Shown here: positions 37,201 through 51,219 of the stretch, piece by piece
How the letters are laid out: every line of letters begins with the position of its first letter
How positions within the stretch are numbered: position 1 is the first letter of the stretch
Assembly: GCA_022813965.1 (NCBI GenBank)
Contig: JALDZS010000019.1
Span: 124,001 to 188,000, forward strand
Reading direction: 5' to 3'
DNA length: 64,000 bases
From: Toensbergia leucococca
Lineage: Eukaryota
Notes under the pieces: generated by a model
The model's database searches: none
What the model saw: only the letters and a program-made list of their open reading frames with translations
What the model was told of the DNA's origin: nothing
Made by a program: the position numbers and the translations under genes

Positions 37201-39230
37201 CTATCTCCTTTTATAAGCCCCATCAACAAACTTCTTCGCATCCTCATTAGCGTTCAAAATCGCCTCCTTGGCCCCATCCCACTTCTTCCTCCTCCCCTCA
37301 AACAGCCTCCACGAATGCGGCGAATCCACCCCCGTCATGAGCAAATTGCACCAGCGCGGGTTCTTCAGCCAGAAAAGCCAGCCGTGCATGCCGTATCCCA
37401 GCAGCTGGTTGCAGCCGGTTCCGGCCGCTTCGTGGAGGAAGTGCTGCCAGGGCCCTTCCTGCACGATGTTGCCATAGACGCCATCCCTCTCGGCCTGCTT
37501 GAGAACCCATGCGTGATGCTTGTCGATTTCTTGGTTCATGTCAGCCTGTGTAGGGAGCTTGTAGGCGCCCTTCCAGATTTGGGCCAGGGCCATGCTGATG
37601 AGGTCGCCGATGGGGATGACGCCGACGGTGAAGGCCCAGTGGCATAGATATGCGATGGAGTCGGGGTAAGAGGGGTCGAAGATGTTCTGGTATAGACGGG
37701 CCATTGAGCCTGAGATGGCTCTTGTCTGCGGCGGCTTTTCGCTGTTGCTAGGTACAGCACGTGTGGGGTCTAGATCTGGCATGATTGAAAAGTTCGTCTC
37801 GTAACCGGTGCAGAAAATGATGGCGTCGACGTCGAGACGGGTATCATCAAAAAGCTCAACCTCTTTCTCTCCGGTAAACTTGCGAAGGCCAGGACAGGAG
37901 ATGACAGAACCTTCTGTGAGACTGTCGATGAAGTTGTCTGTTATGACAGGCTGGTGGGTTTTGATAGATGGCGGTGGAGTGATTCTCCATTCGGGTCTCA
38001 TTTCACCAAAGGAATCTTTGGTTATGCCTTTGGTAAATCTGTCATGCAACTTTGCAGCAGTGTCTGGCATCACAGCAGTAAGGGCATTTTTGATGTACTC
38101 GTCACGTCTTCGAACGTTGAGGTCAATCGGCTTTCCCAAACAGTGTCGTGGGAACTGCATCGCCATGGCTGTCAGATTCATGTAACATGCACCAAAGCAT
38201 GTCATAAGATCACTTACGATTTGCGCTCCATGACGGTGCGCAACAAAGATCTTATTGGCATGGCCGATCAAAGACGTCGATGTATCTACGGTTGAATTGC
38301 CCAATCCTACAACCTGAACTGTAATTCAGTATGTAGACCCCGAGATGAACTTCAGAGTAGAAAATGGGGCATCTTCAGAGTGTGAGAGTCACTCGTCGCC
38401 TCTAGTCCCTGACACAAAGAACAAGTTCTCGGGACTTACAAGAACTTTCATTCCCTTGAAGTCTTCCGGTCTGTAGGAGCAATTAGTCCATAAATCACAC
38501 ATACATATAGAGTAGCTTGATACCCTTTGAAAGCTTGAGAATGGATCAGTTTGCCCTTGAACAGTCGGGAGCCTTCGAAAGTTGGTATCAGGGGTTTTGC
38601 AGTAGCGCCGGTGCAGAACACCACCTTGTCGTAGTCGACGACGACCTCTACACCAAGCTTACTCTTGACAAGATGCACTTGCCATTTCGTGTCATCAGCA
38701 TTGCGGACGACCTTTTGTACTTTTGTATCGAGTTCAACGTGCTCATGAAGGTTGAAATGAGTGGCATATGCGTCCAGATAGTCGCATACTTGGCCAGCAG
38801 TCAAGAAAGCGGGCCAATTGTCTGAGGCGGGAAAGTCGGTGAAGCAGCTCTGTAGTCAATCAACAAGCAGCTCTTTAAAGTTGGATTCGTAAGTAGGTAA
38901 ATTGGTCACCTTGAACCTGCTAACATTCGTAATAGTCGCTAGTCAAAGATTAGAATAAAGTAGCGGCAAATTCTGTGCAGCACCATACATGGAAGATTCA
39001 AACGTACTTTTAAGAACGGATGTGACGCTGGGATTTGGGTTGAATTGCCACACTCCGCCAATGGTGCTACCTTTCTCAAACGCTGTGGCTTCAAATCCCT
39101 CTTCACGGAGATTCTTGAGGGCAGCCAATCCGCTGGGACCTAGCAGAAGGCCAAGTCAGCACTTGGTTCTAATCAAGCAATAATTCATTCGGCAAGAGGT
39201 CAGACCTGCGCCAATTACGGCGATGGTCAT
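37201..39230 (-). CDS. Flavin-containing monooxygenase (FMO, dimethylaniline monooxygenase-like)
   Basis: MTIAVIGAG|PSG FAD motif, GGVW, FTDFP, FKGKLIHSQAFK FMO signature, VVGLGNS NADPH motif and IFCTGY. Five introns. Confidence 0.93.
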
Positions 39231-40895
39231 ATTGATTTTTGACTTCTCATATAATGAACAAGGCAGGAGGAGTGTAAGTGAAAATGAGATGAAATGATTT
39301 CTCTTGCCAAGGTAATGAAAGGATCTTGTCTCACTTTAGCCGGGGTAATATGACATTGAAATGTCTCCTCATGGCTGCTGATGCATAATCACAGTGAATG
39401 CTGACTGTAATGCTCCATGATAACCTAGACCTTGTTCCAACAGATTAGCTAAGACAGTGCTTATATCATGCACGTTGATTTTTGGAATACGAGTACCTTA
39501 CCTACCCTATAATCGGCCCAACACATGACATGTCTCTTGGTCCGTTTGCTAGCTACTCATTCCGTCAGCATCGTCCCTTATAAGCCGTAGTATCTTCGGA
39601 CCGACTCATATCTTATGGAATGCCGTGTCTTAGTGAAGAATATCAACACCTTCACTATCGTGTACATATACACATCCGACCTCCTTACTCTCCTCCCTCT
39701 TGTGGCTGCCACTTATGATGCCTTCGAAAGTCAACTTAGATTGACCGATCTCCTGTCATCTGACAAATAGAGTCCATCATGGCCGTCCGGGATCAGAATT
39801 TGTCGTAATCTTCATCACGGGATTGATTCTTCTTGTTCGTGTCAGACATCTGTCAGTGCGGCATTAGCTACCGAGTACTCCGTACCTAGTCTGTACAATG
39901 AACCAATGAACTCCTCGAACCTACTCCGTCGAGTCCGTACATCAGGATCGATATGCTACGGTGACCTCAAATTCTAGAATATTCTACCGTGGCCTTGTTA
40001 GGATTTAATTTCTTGAGTCGAAGATGGTCTCTCGGTCAAGAGCTTATGTGCCTGTTTCTTAAGAGGGTAATTGACCTCTCTGTTTGGAACATTAGACAGC
40101 AAGTTCACTTCAAAGCTCTGATCAATATAGTTGATCTCACAGTTCTGATCATTCTCTTCTCATCAAGTACTGAGATAGGCGTCAACTTTTTTCTGAGGCC
40201 TGGTGCAGTCAGATTGTCGATACAGAATTTGAGAGCCTGACGCCAAGACAGGAGATGCGTATGAGACCTGTAGTTGTGATTGCATGGCGACAAAGCTTAA
40301 GAGCATGGCGAGATACATTACGCACAAAGCTGATAGCTTCACATAGATGATGTTATCTTCAAAGACAAATAATTTGACTATGTATTTTAATTTTAAATCA
40401 AGCAAGCAATATCATGTAATAAATGAACATAGAGATGAAAGCCTTTGGAAAAGTCTGCCTCTCCTTTTAATATAAAAACCAAGTAGGGACCAAAGGTACA
40501 CCATTCAGACTGATTAGACAGGTATTTCATTGTCAAGGGTTCTGCATCTTGAGGTCGTTGCTTCGCGTCTTTTATGCGATCAATGCTTGTATGAGGCAGA
40601 GGAGGCTCATCTATTTTGTGCCTCAAACGGAGAGACACGATGCTCATATGCGATATCTGGGCTAAGAAGGCCAATGCGTATAAATGGCATTGTTAGTCGC
40701 CACTCTCCTAAGCGCACCCCGGGGAGCGATGGTTGCCAGTACCGCAAACAAAGGGGTAGCGGGTAAAGTTTACGCAATCAGCAACAGTATTCAATGTCTA
40801 GGTTAGAAAGGTGGGTATTATTACTTGGGAAGCAGGCAGTTGCTAATTGGATTTGTTTGAGAAGATTACTTCTACCTAGCGAAGCCATCACGATA

Positions 40896-42182
40896 TCACA
40901 GTATCTTGACTGTAAGCTTGCCAAAATGTTTCTGATCCCACTGTCCACAACAACCATTAGCAAGCCACTCTTTACTTCCCGGACGGACCCAAAAAAGGGA
41001 TATAGAAGTAGAACATAGAGAGAGAGAAAACTAGAAGACCACAACCAAACTCACCATATACTGATAAGCCTCCTTGGCCTCCTCCAACCCGAATACCTTC
41101 TCATCCACAATCGGCTTAATCCCATTGATATCAATCGCCCGATTCATCGCCTCAAACTGCATCCGACTCCCTACGGAAATACCTCTAACGGTGCAAAGGT
41201 TGCTCAAACAGTCCAAAAACGTCGGCTGCTCCTTGGCCGCACCGCCCACAAACCCAATAATGCTAATAACACCCTCCATTTTAATAGCTTTAAGAGACTG
41301 GGCGAGGGTAACGGGCCCGCCGATTTCGAGAACGTGGTCGACCCCCACGGAGCCAGGTGTCAAAGATTTGACAGTTTCGCCCCAATTCGGATCGGTTTTG
41401 TAGTTGATGACGTGGTCAGCGCCGAGGGATTTTAGGGTTTCAGCTTTGGAGGAGCTGCTGGTTGTGGAGATAACGCGGGCACCGGCTGCTTTGGCGAACT
41501 AGGTTCCCACCAATGTATTAGTATTATATTATGATACTACGTAAGTAAGCGCTCTATAACGAACTTGCAGAGCAGACATGCTCACGCCTCCCGTTCCCTG
41601 GGTTAGGACCGTATCGCCCGGCTTCAGGGCTTTGGACTCCAGCCCGTATAATCCATTCCATGCGGTCAAAGCTGCACAACTCAACGTGCCCGCCTGCGAG
41701 TAATTGAGTGTCTCGGGCATAGACACCAAGCCCTGCTCGTTGAAAGTGCCGTATTGGCGGAGAGTGCCATCTATCATACCTCCTAAGCCTGTGCTAGTTA
41801 TTTCGCTGGTCACGGATCCTGCCAGATGTCCTTGGTAGAAGAGAGTAACGACTTTGTCGCCAGTCTTGAAGCGAGTCACCTGTGACCCAATGGCTTCAAC
41901 GATACCGGCGCCGTCCGAGCAAGGAACTACGTGGTCTCTTTGGGGAAAGGGATATTGACCCTATATGCAAGATAGATAAGCCTAAAGTATTTGAACATGA
42001 ATTCAGTGTCCAGATAATACCTTGGGGATAATAAGATCACGGTAATTAAGAGAAGCAGAATGAAACTGCACAAGAACATCGTGATCGCCTAGCGTAGGAA
42101 CAGGTGCTTTGTCGTCAAACTTGAGACTTTCGAAGCCATCTTGACCCTCGATAGTCCATTGCTTGTTGGAAGTCGGTGCCAT
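40896..42182 (-). CDS. Medium-chain dehydrogenase/reductase (zinc-type ADH / quinone-oxidoreductase-like)
   Basis: SLNYRD, VPCSDGAG, LSCAALTAWNGL, QGTGGVS, GADHVINY, GVDHVLEIGG; last exon WDQKHFGKLTVKIL*. Three introns. Confidence 0.93.
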
Positions 42183-43872
42183 AGTGTACACATGCGTTGT
42201 GGTCTAAGGGAGTAACGGGAGTTGAGGGGAAATATGAAAGAAGGAGAGCTGAAATGAAAGTGAAAGTGGATTGGAGATAGTATAACACATGTTTATGACG
42301 TTTGGCTTAATCATTGGATCTGGCGTTGTATTCTTGACGTTGAATGGAAGAAAACTCAGCGTGACGTCAAAACACGTCCGCGGATGATAATAGGTAAGCA
42401 GGCTTGCAGGTAAGGTAAGGTAGGTAAGGTAGTACCCGTTCGACCCGTTTAGCGCCACTAAAATGCATGCTTTATTATATCAAGATGTTGGTACGAGTAG
42501 ACATTTCTCTATCTCGTCGTAGACGGCAGTAGGAGAATGACTGCCCTTGCAAATCATCGACTTTCGCTCCGTTGCCTGTTCATAGTGCATAGAAGTCTGT
42601 ATTATCGTCCATTGGGAGACAAGTTCCAAGGCATCTCCCGCTTTGCAATCCCCCTTCGACACAATCTCCCTCGATTTCTCCTTGGGTTTCCTGGCATGAT
42701 CTTGAATGAGGCTTCTCCACCATCTCGGCTATCGACCGTTGTGGGCACACAAAGGCGAGATCCGTCATCGACTTTGCTCCCATCAGACATTTCCTAAATC
42801 ATCGTTATCAGTCTGTATACTAACAGTTACTTGATGCCATCATCCGGTGAACCCACTGCTCTTCCGATATGTCTGTTGTAGTAGCAAAAGGGTGATATTC
42901 CTTAAAATCTGTGGGACTACCCTATAATCCTGATTAGTCTGAAGCTTTCCTTGACATCTGATCTTGTCGATAAAGCATACTATCTTAAGGGCCCGTTTCT
43001 GAGGATGGGAGCGAGTCCATCTGGGACGAAGCCGACGAACAAGGCCTTTGATGCAATCCATTGGTCGTTGACCAAATCTTGGCATATAATCGTGATACCA
43101 GTGGTTCGAGGCGTACAGCGATGGATGTCAATGAAGATGCTTCCGAAAATGCTCGCTATGATACTATGACAACGCAAAACAATGCACGCGTAGCAAAAGA
43201 CCAAAAAGTGAGGAAAGGACCGTGTTATCAAAAGGTTAGAGCTGGAGATCATCATCTGGGCCCGGGCTGAGCCCTTGGTATATACGGCTTTCGAAATTGG
43301 AAGGGCAACGGAGGAAATGAGTCTTCTGCAAGGACTAGACCAAATACATACCTTGAAATTGAGAAAATCCTAAGAAGTTTCCTCACCACGTGAGACGATC
43401 ATTCCTAGCATCTTGGTTGAGACATTGTTCGTGTCTGAAATCTCAGGAATGCCGGGAACGAAGATTCAAGGAAATGTATGAGCTTCAGTGAGAACAGGAG
43501 TTTTTTACCAACATGAGCTTCTCTTAGAATACATCATTTCGCAGATCTTCATGGCAGGAAGTTGAAGTAACATCAAAGGCCTAATAATCTTCCCATGACT
43601 GTTGCTGGTTGGAATCGCCCCTCGCGTTCTCGCCGGCATTCCCCACCCCTTGCTGCTTTCCCCTTGAATTTAGCCAAGAAGATGATTTCGGCATCATTTG
43701 GTGCTAAGATTTCTTAAATGTAAAGATTTCCTATTCAGTCCAACTGTGAATTGTGGTCCACTGGGGAAAGTTTCCAGATTTCGAACACACATCATGACAT
43801 GGTCGAATACTCCGATTGCATCCTCCAGTAGGGATTAGGTCGCTCAAATAATACGTTGCCCGGCGACTCACG

Positions 43873-45386
43873 CTAACTTGGATAGTCTTTGATATGAAAG
43901 CTTTTCAGCTTCACGAAATGATCGAAGCCAAATTTGCTCAGTGATACTCCCATCCCTGAATTTTTCCAGCCCGTCCAAGCAAGGTCCTGCATTTCATCAG
44001 CTAGGAAACCCTAATGTGGGTCTCAACTTGAACTTACTGGACTAGGAAAATCACATCTATTGACAAATACAGTACCTGCCTCAACTTGGTCTGCCAGCTG
44101 CTCACCCTTGATAATATCGCTGGTCCAAATGCTAGCCGTGAGGCCAAATTCACTGTCGTTCATTAATCGAATGGCCTCTTCGTCATTTCCAACCTTCATT
44201 ACAGGTATTATTGGACCGAACGTCTCCTCATTCATCACATCCATGTCATGTGTCACACCTGTCAGAAGCGTCGGTATTGCATAATTTCCACCAAATGGAG
44301 GTGATTCAAAACTTTGGTTTCGTGGGGTTGCGTCTTTGGCCCCCTTTTCGATAGCATCGTCGACATGTGCTTGTATAGTCTCGAGGGCCCGCTTCGAGAT
44401 CACTGGCCCAATATTTGTGCTCATATCAAGAGGATCTCCCAACTTGTATCCTCTTAGCACATTCTTTACTGCATCCACGAAATCATCATGTATCCTCTCA
44501 TCAACATAAACTCTTTCAATACTGCAGCAGCTCTGGCCAGAATTGAACACGGCCCCATCCACGATCTCTTCCGCTACCCAATTGACGTCCACATCTGCCC
44601 GAATGTAAGCTGGATCCTTGCCTCCTAACTCAAGCCCCACGGGAACAACACGATCGGCCGCAGCACGCTGTACCGACAAACCTCCCGCAACGGAGCCTGT
44701 GAAACATACTAGTCTAATCTGGGGTGACCGTACGATGCTTTCCAATTGTACATGTGACCCGCAATGAAAATACTGTATGACCTTTTGAGGCAATCCAGCT
44801 TCCAAAAATATATCGTGCACCTGTTCGACGATTGTAGGCGTCTGAGGCGAAGGCTTGAGGATAACGGGATTCCCGCACAGTAGAGCAGGTATCAGGGAGT
44901 TGACGAGAATCAGATAAGGATACTATGGTACAGGGATAAGTATTATGATACCAATCAAGCTTGCTCAGTCGTGCCACTCACATTCCAAGCGAAAATAATC
45001 AAGACTGGCCCCACAGGCATTTTCCTGATGAACCTCGAGAAGCCCATCTCCGGCTCGCCCTCTGTGTCTTTCAGGGCATCCTCGCTGATCTTGAGCAAAT
45101 ATTCTCCTCTAGCAACGGCGGTTGTGATCTCTTTTACAGCGTAGGCTATGGGCCGGCCCATCTGCACAGTGAGCTCTCTTGCCAGCACATCCTGTTTATC
45201 TTCTATCAATTTTAACGCCTTCTTGACGATTGCCTGCCGTTCGTTGAGAGTGGTAAGGCGAAAGTCATTGAATGCCTGTTCGGCTATCTGAGGTAGGAGG
45301 GCAAGATCCGAATTCGAGAGAGCATTGCGAGTCAGTACAGGCTTGTTAGTGGCAGGTGAGATAGTGGTAAGCAATTCCACCGACAT
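43873..45386 (-). CDS. NAD(P)-dependent aldehyde dehydrogenase
   Basis: AWN|YP, ILKPS, FTGS, LELGGKD, FNSGQSCCS, EETFGP and WTGWKNSG motifs. Two introns. Confidence 0.95.
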
Positions 45387-45768
45387 AATGAGTGTATTAT
45401 TTGTCCGTGGGTTCGAAATTGTGGAGAGAGAAATCAAGGCAAAAGTCGCGCGCAAATCGCCAAATATGATAGGGCTTAGCGGTCGATCCCCTTACTCGAA
45501 TCGAGGCCTGCATTTGTGTCGTTCAATACGGAATATCAGTTGAGCAACGAAGGCGAGACTCTGAAGCTGAAGAACATGTCTACTTCTATGTGAGATCCAC
45601 CTAAATAAAGTACAGTGTCGTACACCTTACAATATCGCGAGATTAGGTTTCAACGGTACACCCGTTAGATGCAAGCCACCAATGACACCGACTCAACTCA
45701 TTTGCAGGTCATCTGTTCCATGAATGTTCCAGGCAAGAAAGACTGCTACTACTTTATGGTAACATCTT

Positions 45769-48700
45769 TTAAGAGAAAAAATACTGGCTATCTTTGAGCT
45801 TCGATATGTCGAAGTCTCCCTAGAGTCAAGTCAGCGACTCATAATATCACAAGTGTAAAAATCTAATCCGAAGCTGAACATACCTTCTTGGGCACAGGCG
45901 GGAAGGTCAACGGGAGCCACAGCCAAACCTTTTCTTTTCGTCCTGGCGGCTTATCGCGAGGTTCTTTTGCGGTCTCTGCATCTTCCTTGTCAGATGTGTC
46001 CCTTGTAATGCTTGAGTCCGCCACATCTAAGGGGCTGTGACTGTCAAGCTCGGCTTCTGCAGGTTCTGCATCTCCCTCGTCAACCATGCTTTTTGCTGTA
46101 GGTGAGTCTGCCTCATTCAAAGGCTTTTGACGGTCAAATAGAGGTTCTAAGGTCGTGACGTTATGTATGTCTCCAACTTGAATTTGCTCGTTCGCCTGAA
46201 GCTTTACTGTTCTACTCGAAGGAATTGAAGGAATTTGCCCGATGCCTTGATTTTTCATTTCCTCCAAAGGTGCCAAATCTTGTTCGCTCGCAATCTCTGC
46301 GAAAATCTTCGAGGCGGTTATCATCGATTCTCCTTCAAGTCGCTCTTCAGGGATGTCAGACGCAAGCAACCTCAACCGGCGCCTCTCTCGTAAGAGCTCT
46401 TTTGTTTTGAATTCACGGGCATTGTTCTTTTCATTCTGAGTAAGGGACCTGCGATACTCTTGAATTTTCCTTCCTGCAATGCTATCGTTGGCGACAGATG
46501 CTAGATATACATGACCGTGGTACCTAGTTGCGAATTCGGCCGCAAGACGACCAATGATATCCTCAGAATGCAGTCTGACAAAGGACTCTCGGATAACCTT
46601 GTTCATGGTATCCACATCGGTAGCATGTGTCCAGAAAGAATCGTGCACTGCCGCAAAGGAAAGCCCTACCTCATTACATTGTAGTGCAGTAAGAATCATG
46701 TGAGTGGCATCGAGGGAATGTATAAAATTGGGGGGAAATGCTTGAAGCTGCTTCCTTTTGTGTACAGGGTCTGCCGGAGAAGAGCGCGAGATACTGATTT
46801 TTTGGAGGTTTGTAGTCACTGCATGAAGACCCGACTTTCGATACGGCTGAACTATAGGCATTTTCAGTGGTGAGGTCCATATCACGGTAGACTTGAAGGC
46901 TTTTTGTTCGTCCTTGTGTTTCTTGCTTCCCAGGGGACGTGCCTGGAACGAAGTAGGTCGATCAATGCCCGCTTCATCTTTCTCGATCCAATCCATCTGC
47001 TCTGGTGTAATTGCTTCCGAAATTCTTGCTGCGCAAGCCGCAAGCCAGTACTGAATGTCATGTGCGCCGTTGAACATGGTCGAGAGCGACTTGAAGATTT
47101 TTTTGACGACGTATACACTGGCAGTGGTGGAGTCTTCAAACTCATTAGGCATAATTTCTTCGAGCTGCTTCCGAACTTGCATCGTGGCTCCTCGAAACGT
47201 AACGCCGTAGACATTTGTCATTACCGTTGCCTTTACAACCTTTCTAGTCACCTTGCCGTCAAGCAGTCTCCCCAATTTGATTCCTTGAGCAGCATCATCA
47301 GCGATTTCGGCTTTGACCATGTTCGCTACACCCGAATAAATATCTGAAGGGCGATCGCCAGGCTCCAGATTTACTTGCTTTGCCCCGGCGACATCACCCC
47401 CTAGTGCTGCGTAATGTTGAAGACCATTACACGTACCATCTTGATGAATTGCGAGGCTTGAAACAAATTTGAGAGGGTCAGGTGAATCAAGCGCGTTTCT
47501 AAGCTCCACACACGCGGCAAGAGTCTGCCATGGGTCCTCGGCGGTCAGCCACCACCTCTTCCCCTTCAAAGGATTGTTTGCAGAGTCATAGATATCTTCG
47601 AGATGGTCCATGGAATATTGACTGCGTTCTTCAAAGCTAGCTTTGTCGAACCCGTACACGTTTGCGAGATGTACCTTCAGCCACGTGAGTCCTACAGACC
47701 CCAGTTCTTTGCCTTTCCCGAAAACGAGCAGGCCGCGACAATTGTCGGCTCCCATGTGGTTTAAGAACGGCGGTATAGGATATGCTCGGCCCCGAAAGTC
47801 TACGTTGTGAGGAAAATAGAACGTCTCGTTCAAGTACGCTCGAGCTACCTCCAACTGAAAATTTAAAAAGCATCTCTGAGAGTGCAGTGCCGCTCTCTCA
47901 CTTTCGAGACTTTTCATTTCCCGAGCCCACCGCTGACGTAAGGACGCGTCGGCCGATGACGGCGGCTCCGGTGGGTACTCGACCCGCGGATCCTGGGGTG
48001 GAATTTTAGCGATGGCTTCACCAGTATTCCATACCTCGAGCATGACTTGAAAAACAGCACGATTTATCTTCCACGGCGTCTTTCCTAAAACATCTAGGCC
48101 CGCAAAAACCTGATCCATATCGCCATTTGCAGCCGCGGTTCTTGCATAACGCTTCAACTGAGTTTCGCCAGCTCTTATCCTTATAGCATTGACTGGCGAT
48201 TGGAGAAATCCGCCCTTCCTTAGATCGGTCCATGGTACCGGCTCCACTACCATAGGTAGATGCTTCGACAAGGTGCTACTGACGGGTTCAACACTCAGCA
48301 TTTCGATCATGGCTGGATTCAGACGAATGACACCTCGACGCTTTCCCTCATGATACCTGTGTGCATGAGAGAAGACTGGCTGCGGTTCTCGAAGGATCTC
48401 CCCCGATTCAGGATTACGACGGACAACCTCCATTTCCGCCACGTCAATGAGATTAGAGATCAAGACTGCGCCAATCTTCATCCTCACGGAAATACTCCAA
48501 TCTTTGTGTTCTTGAGAAAAGGAGCTTGCTGATTGGCGGATGGATTTCGAAAGAAGGGAGTTACGATAGCTGTTTGTTGTTTTGGTTTTTATCAAATTAC
48601 CTAACCTTTGCTGCTGGTTGGTTGTTGAAAGCCCTTCCCAAACTCCTTGCTTCGATTTGTTTTTGATTGATTCCGCAATAACTTCGGAATGAATTGCATT

Positions 48701-50271
48701 ACCAGTGCTTTCGACCATGAAGCTGAGCGGAGCTCCAGTTTCGCTTCCTCCTACAGCACTTATCTGAGTCATGGCGTGTAAGATGGTAATGGCAGAAAGC
48801 TTTTCTGCAGGAAGGAATTGGAGGAACGGGCCATAAATGCAACGCTCCTTGTCGGCTTCACCTCTTTTCTCTTTTTCCTCGGCCTGATTCGCCTTGCGCA
48901 CCTCTTCTTGGATCCTCGGGATCAGTAACTCATGCCACTGCCACATCAATGATCCAATTGTGTCTGATCCTAGCGTGTTATTGATCCCAATAGTCTTCAA
49001 ATGCGCAGACTCAGTACGCCAGCGATCTACAGCAGAAGATATAGCATCTTCTTCAAGGCGAAGCTGACGTTGGAAACAATATGCACGAAGTTTTTCTTCT
49101 TCCGTCCCTTCGAATCCATTAAGGTTGGGTGTTGCGCTGACGTCTGAAAACAATGACAACGACTTCTTCAGCGCTCCCAGACCTAGTCCCTTCTGATCGA
49201 CCGGATTCAATTCGGGAGTCAATTCGGGAATCACTTGATTGACAGATGCTTCTCGAGGGTGTGGCGCGACTATCTCCTGCTTCGGTTCGCTGTCTGAAAT
49301 CTCTTCAACTTTGTGAAAATAGGTCGGCGCAATCTAAAGCAGGTTAGTAAGAAATCTATATTTCACAGGTCTTTGGATACTCAACATACTCGAGTGATCC
49401 TTCCAACTTCTTGTTCATTCAGGATACTTAACGTGGTGATCATTGCTTCATCTCGCATCCCAGCATCTTCGGCTAGTTGGACGTACCGCCTGACCGTACG
49501 ATCCACTTTATTTACTTCAGACTCCTGAAGGCTCGCTTGAATCATAAGGGCATACGTTGTAGCATCCGGAAGCACGCCGGCAGATCGTAAATCAACCTCG
49601 AACCATCTTTGTATATCCTTGAGAATTTGTTGATCCTTTGTCCTAATAATCCTTTGGACGAGCTCTTGGATATAATGATTATGCGCCGCGGTTAGTTCTG
49701 GGGCGTCAACTTTATAAATCTTGTTCAGCCTTCGCATCATGGCCGCAGCTCTTTCAAGACGGCCAACTTGAAGACAGGCATCAAGTGTCTGATGGATGTC
49801 ATCTAGCTCCCCGCTCACAGCATCAAATGTGCGGAATCTACGGGGTGCAGTGGCGAGAGAATCTTTGATGATAATAGGAGCGGGGTTTTCAAAAGGGCGG
49901 AGGGCGTATGCGGTGCGTCCCCTGGACCATGGTGAATGAAGGGCGTCGGGAGGTTGAAATTGGGGTTGCGAGCCCTCAAAGGGGATGTAGTCATCCTGAA
50001 GAGGTTCAACTTCAACAACTGCGGCAGAAGCGAGACCTCTGCGTGTAGAGCGTGCTTCCCTTGCCACAGACTTTGATAATCTGCTTAGAGGCCCGGTGGA
50101 ATACGAGGGTCGCCAGGCTCTTGCAGTAGTCGAGGTAGGTCGATGTCGATGTCGGCGTATGTCACTGTGTAGGGCGGGACACAACCATGGCAAATGTAGC
50201 TGGTCAAAGGAAGGTTGAAGGTGTTTGTAGGCATCATGATGTAGGTTCTTAGTCGAAGCCCGCACTAACAT
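45769..50271 (-). CDS. RPO41: Mitochondrial DNA-directed RNA polymerase (T7-like, nuclear encoded)
   Basis: Arg/Ser-rich presequence; DFRGRAYP, HQDGTCNGLQHY, TRKVVKxTVMTNVYG, FPPNFIHSLDA and VHDSFWTH motifs; last exon GDFD...SQYFFS*. Two introns. Confidence 0.97.
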
Positions 50272-51219
50272 ACTCTGTAGCAGGATGCACAGTGAAGACA
50301 AAATCAGGCAAGTCTACTCTCTAGGCGGTGCTGTAGAGAAGTGAAACCTTGCAGAATCACGTATCCGTACACGGTGTAGGAGATGAAGAAATGTCGCGTG
50401 CTGCTCGTTATGAGAAAGGAGACTGAAGTTTTCTGGAGCAGGAGAGTGCTTGTACTAGCGAGCGGCAGCTAACGTGAAAAGGCTTAGCCGGTTTGGTAGG
50501 TGTGAGGAAAGTACGAAACCATTGAACCTTCGAACCTTTTCATCTCACCATCTATTTCTCTCATTTGTTCCCTCCCCGACGAAAGTCTGACGTTTGAGAA
50601 CTGCAATTGATTTTGAACGGTAGTAGATTTACGTGGAGAAGAGTTTTCTTTTTAACTCTGGAATTTGAACCGAATACTCTGATGCCAAGACGCCGATCAA
50701 AGAAAATTCATGCATGTTCAAACACTTCACTCAATGTACATAGCTTCATGAGTAGAGGGAAAGAGGCTCTCTGCAAAATACGTTGAGCAATCTATAGGTC
50801 TCAGTGCGTGCTTCTCTTCAAATCACACTAATGTATTTCGTCGCTCTCTGAGCCAAGACGCTTACTTTATTAAATCGAGCAATTGCTAGCTACTTCTTTA
50901 GACCTGATTCTCTTATTTATCTTTGTTTAAATTAGAGGCACGTTGTCTTTGATATATTACTTCGCATACTTTAGATTTCATTCTTCTACAGCGTTCAAGA
51001 CAATGCCATGGTTTCAACCTTTGTCTTGTTGTGGAACACAATTCATGCTGCAACGATTTCAAAATATACATATATCGATAATCCTCTCTCATTTCTGCTG
51101 CACCAGCAAGCTCAATCTTCTTAAAAGACATCTCTCAGCTCAAAGAAAGATAAATCTGCCCTTCTAAAAGTGAAGGATCCTCCCGAAAGAAAACCCACAG
51201 CCTCACCTCTAAGAAGAAC

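Noticed and set aside
42460..43860. Short ORFs in the MDR-ALDH spacer
   Set aside because: All are under 95 aa with no motifs or consistent splice structure.
47205..47255. RPO41 motif B reads KATVMT rather than the usual KQTVMT
   Set aside because: Catalytic Lys and Tyr are intact and this position varies among T7-like polymerases.
45769..50271. T7/phage-type RNA polymerase as a viral or plasmid insertion
   Set aside because: It has spliceosomal introns, a mitochondrial presequence and the SQYFFS end: ordinary nuclear RPO41.
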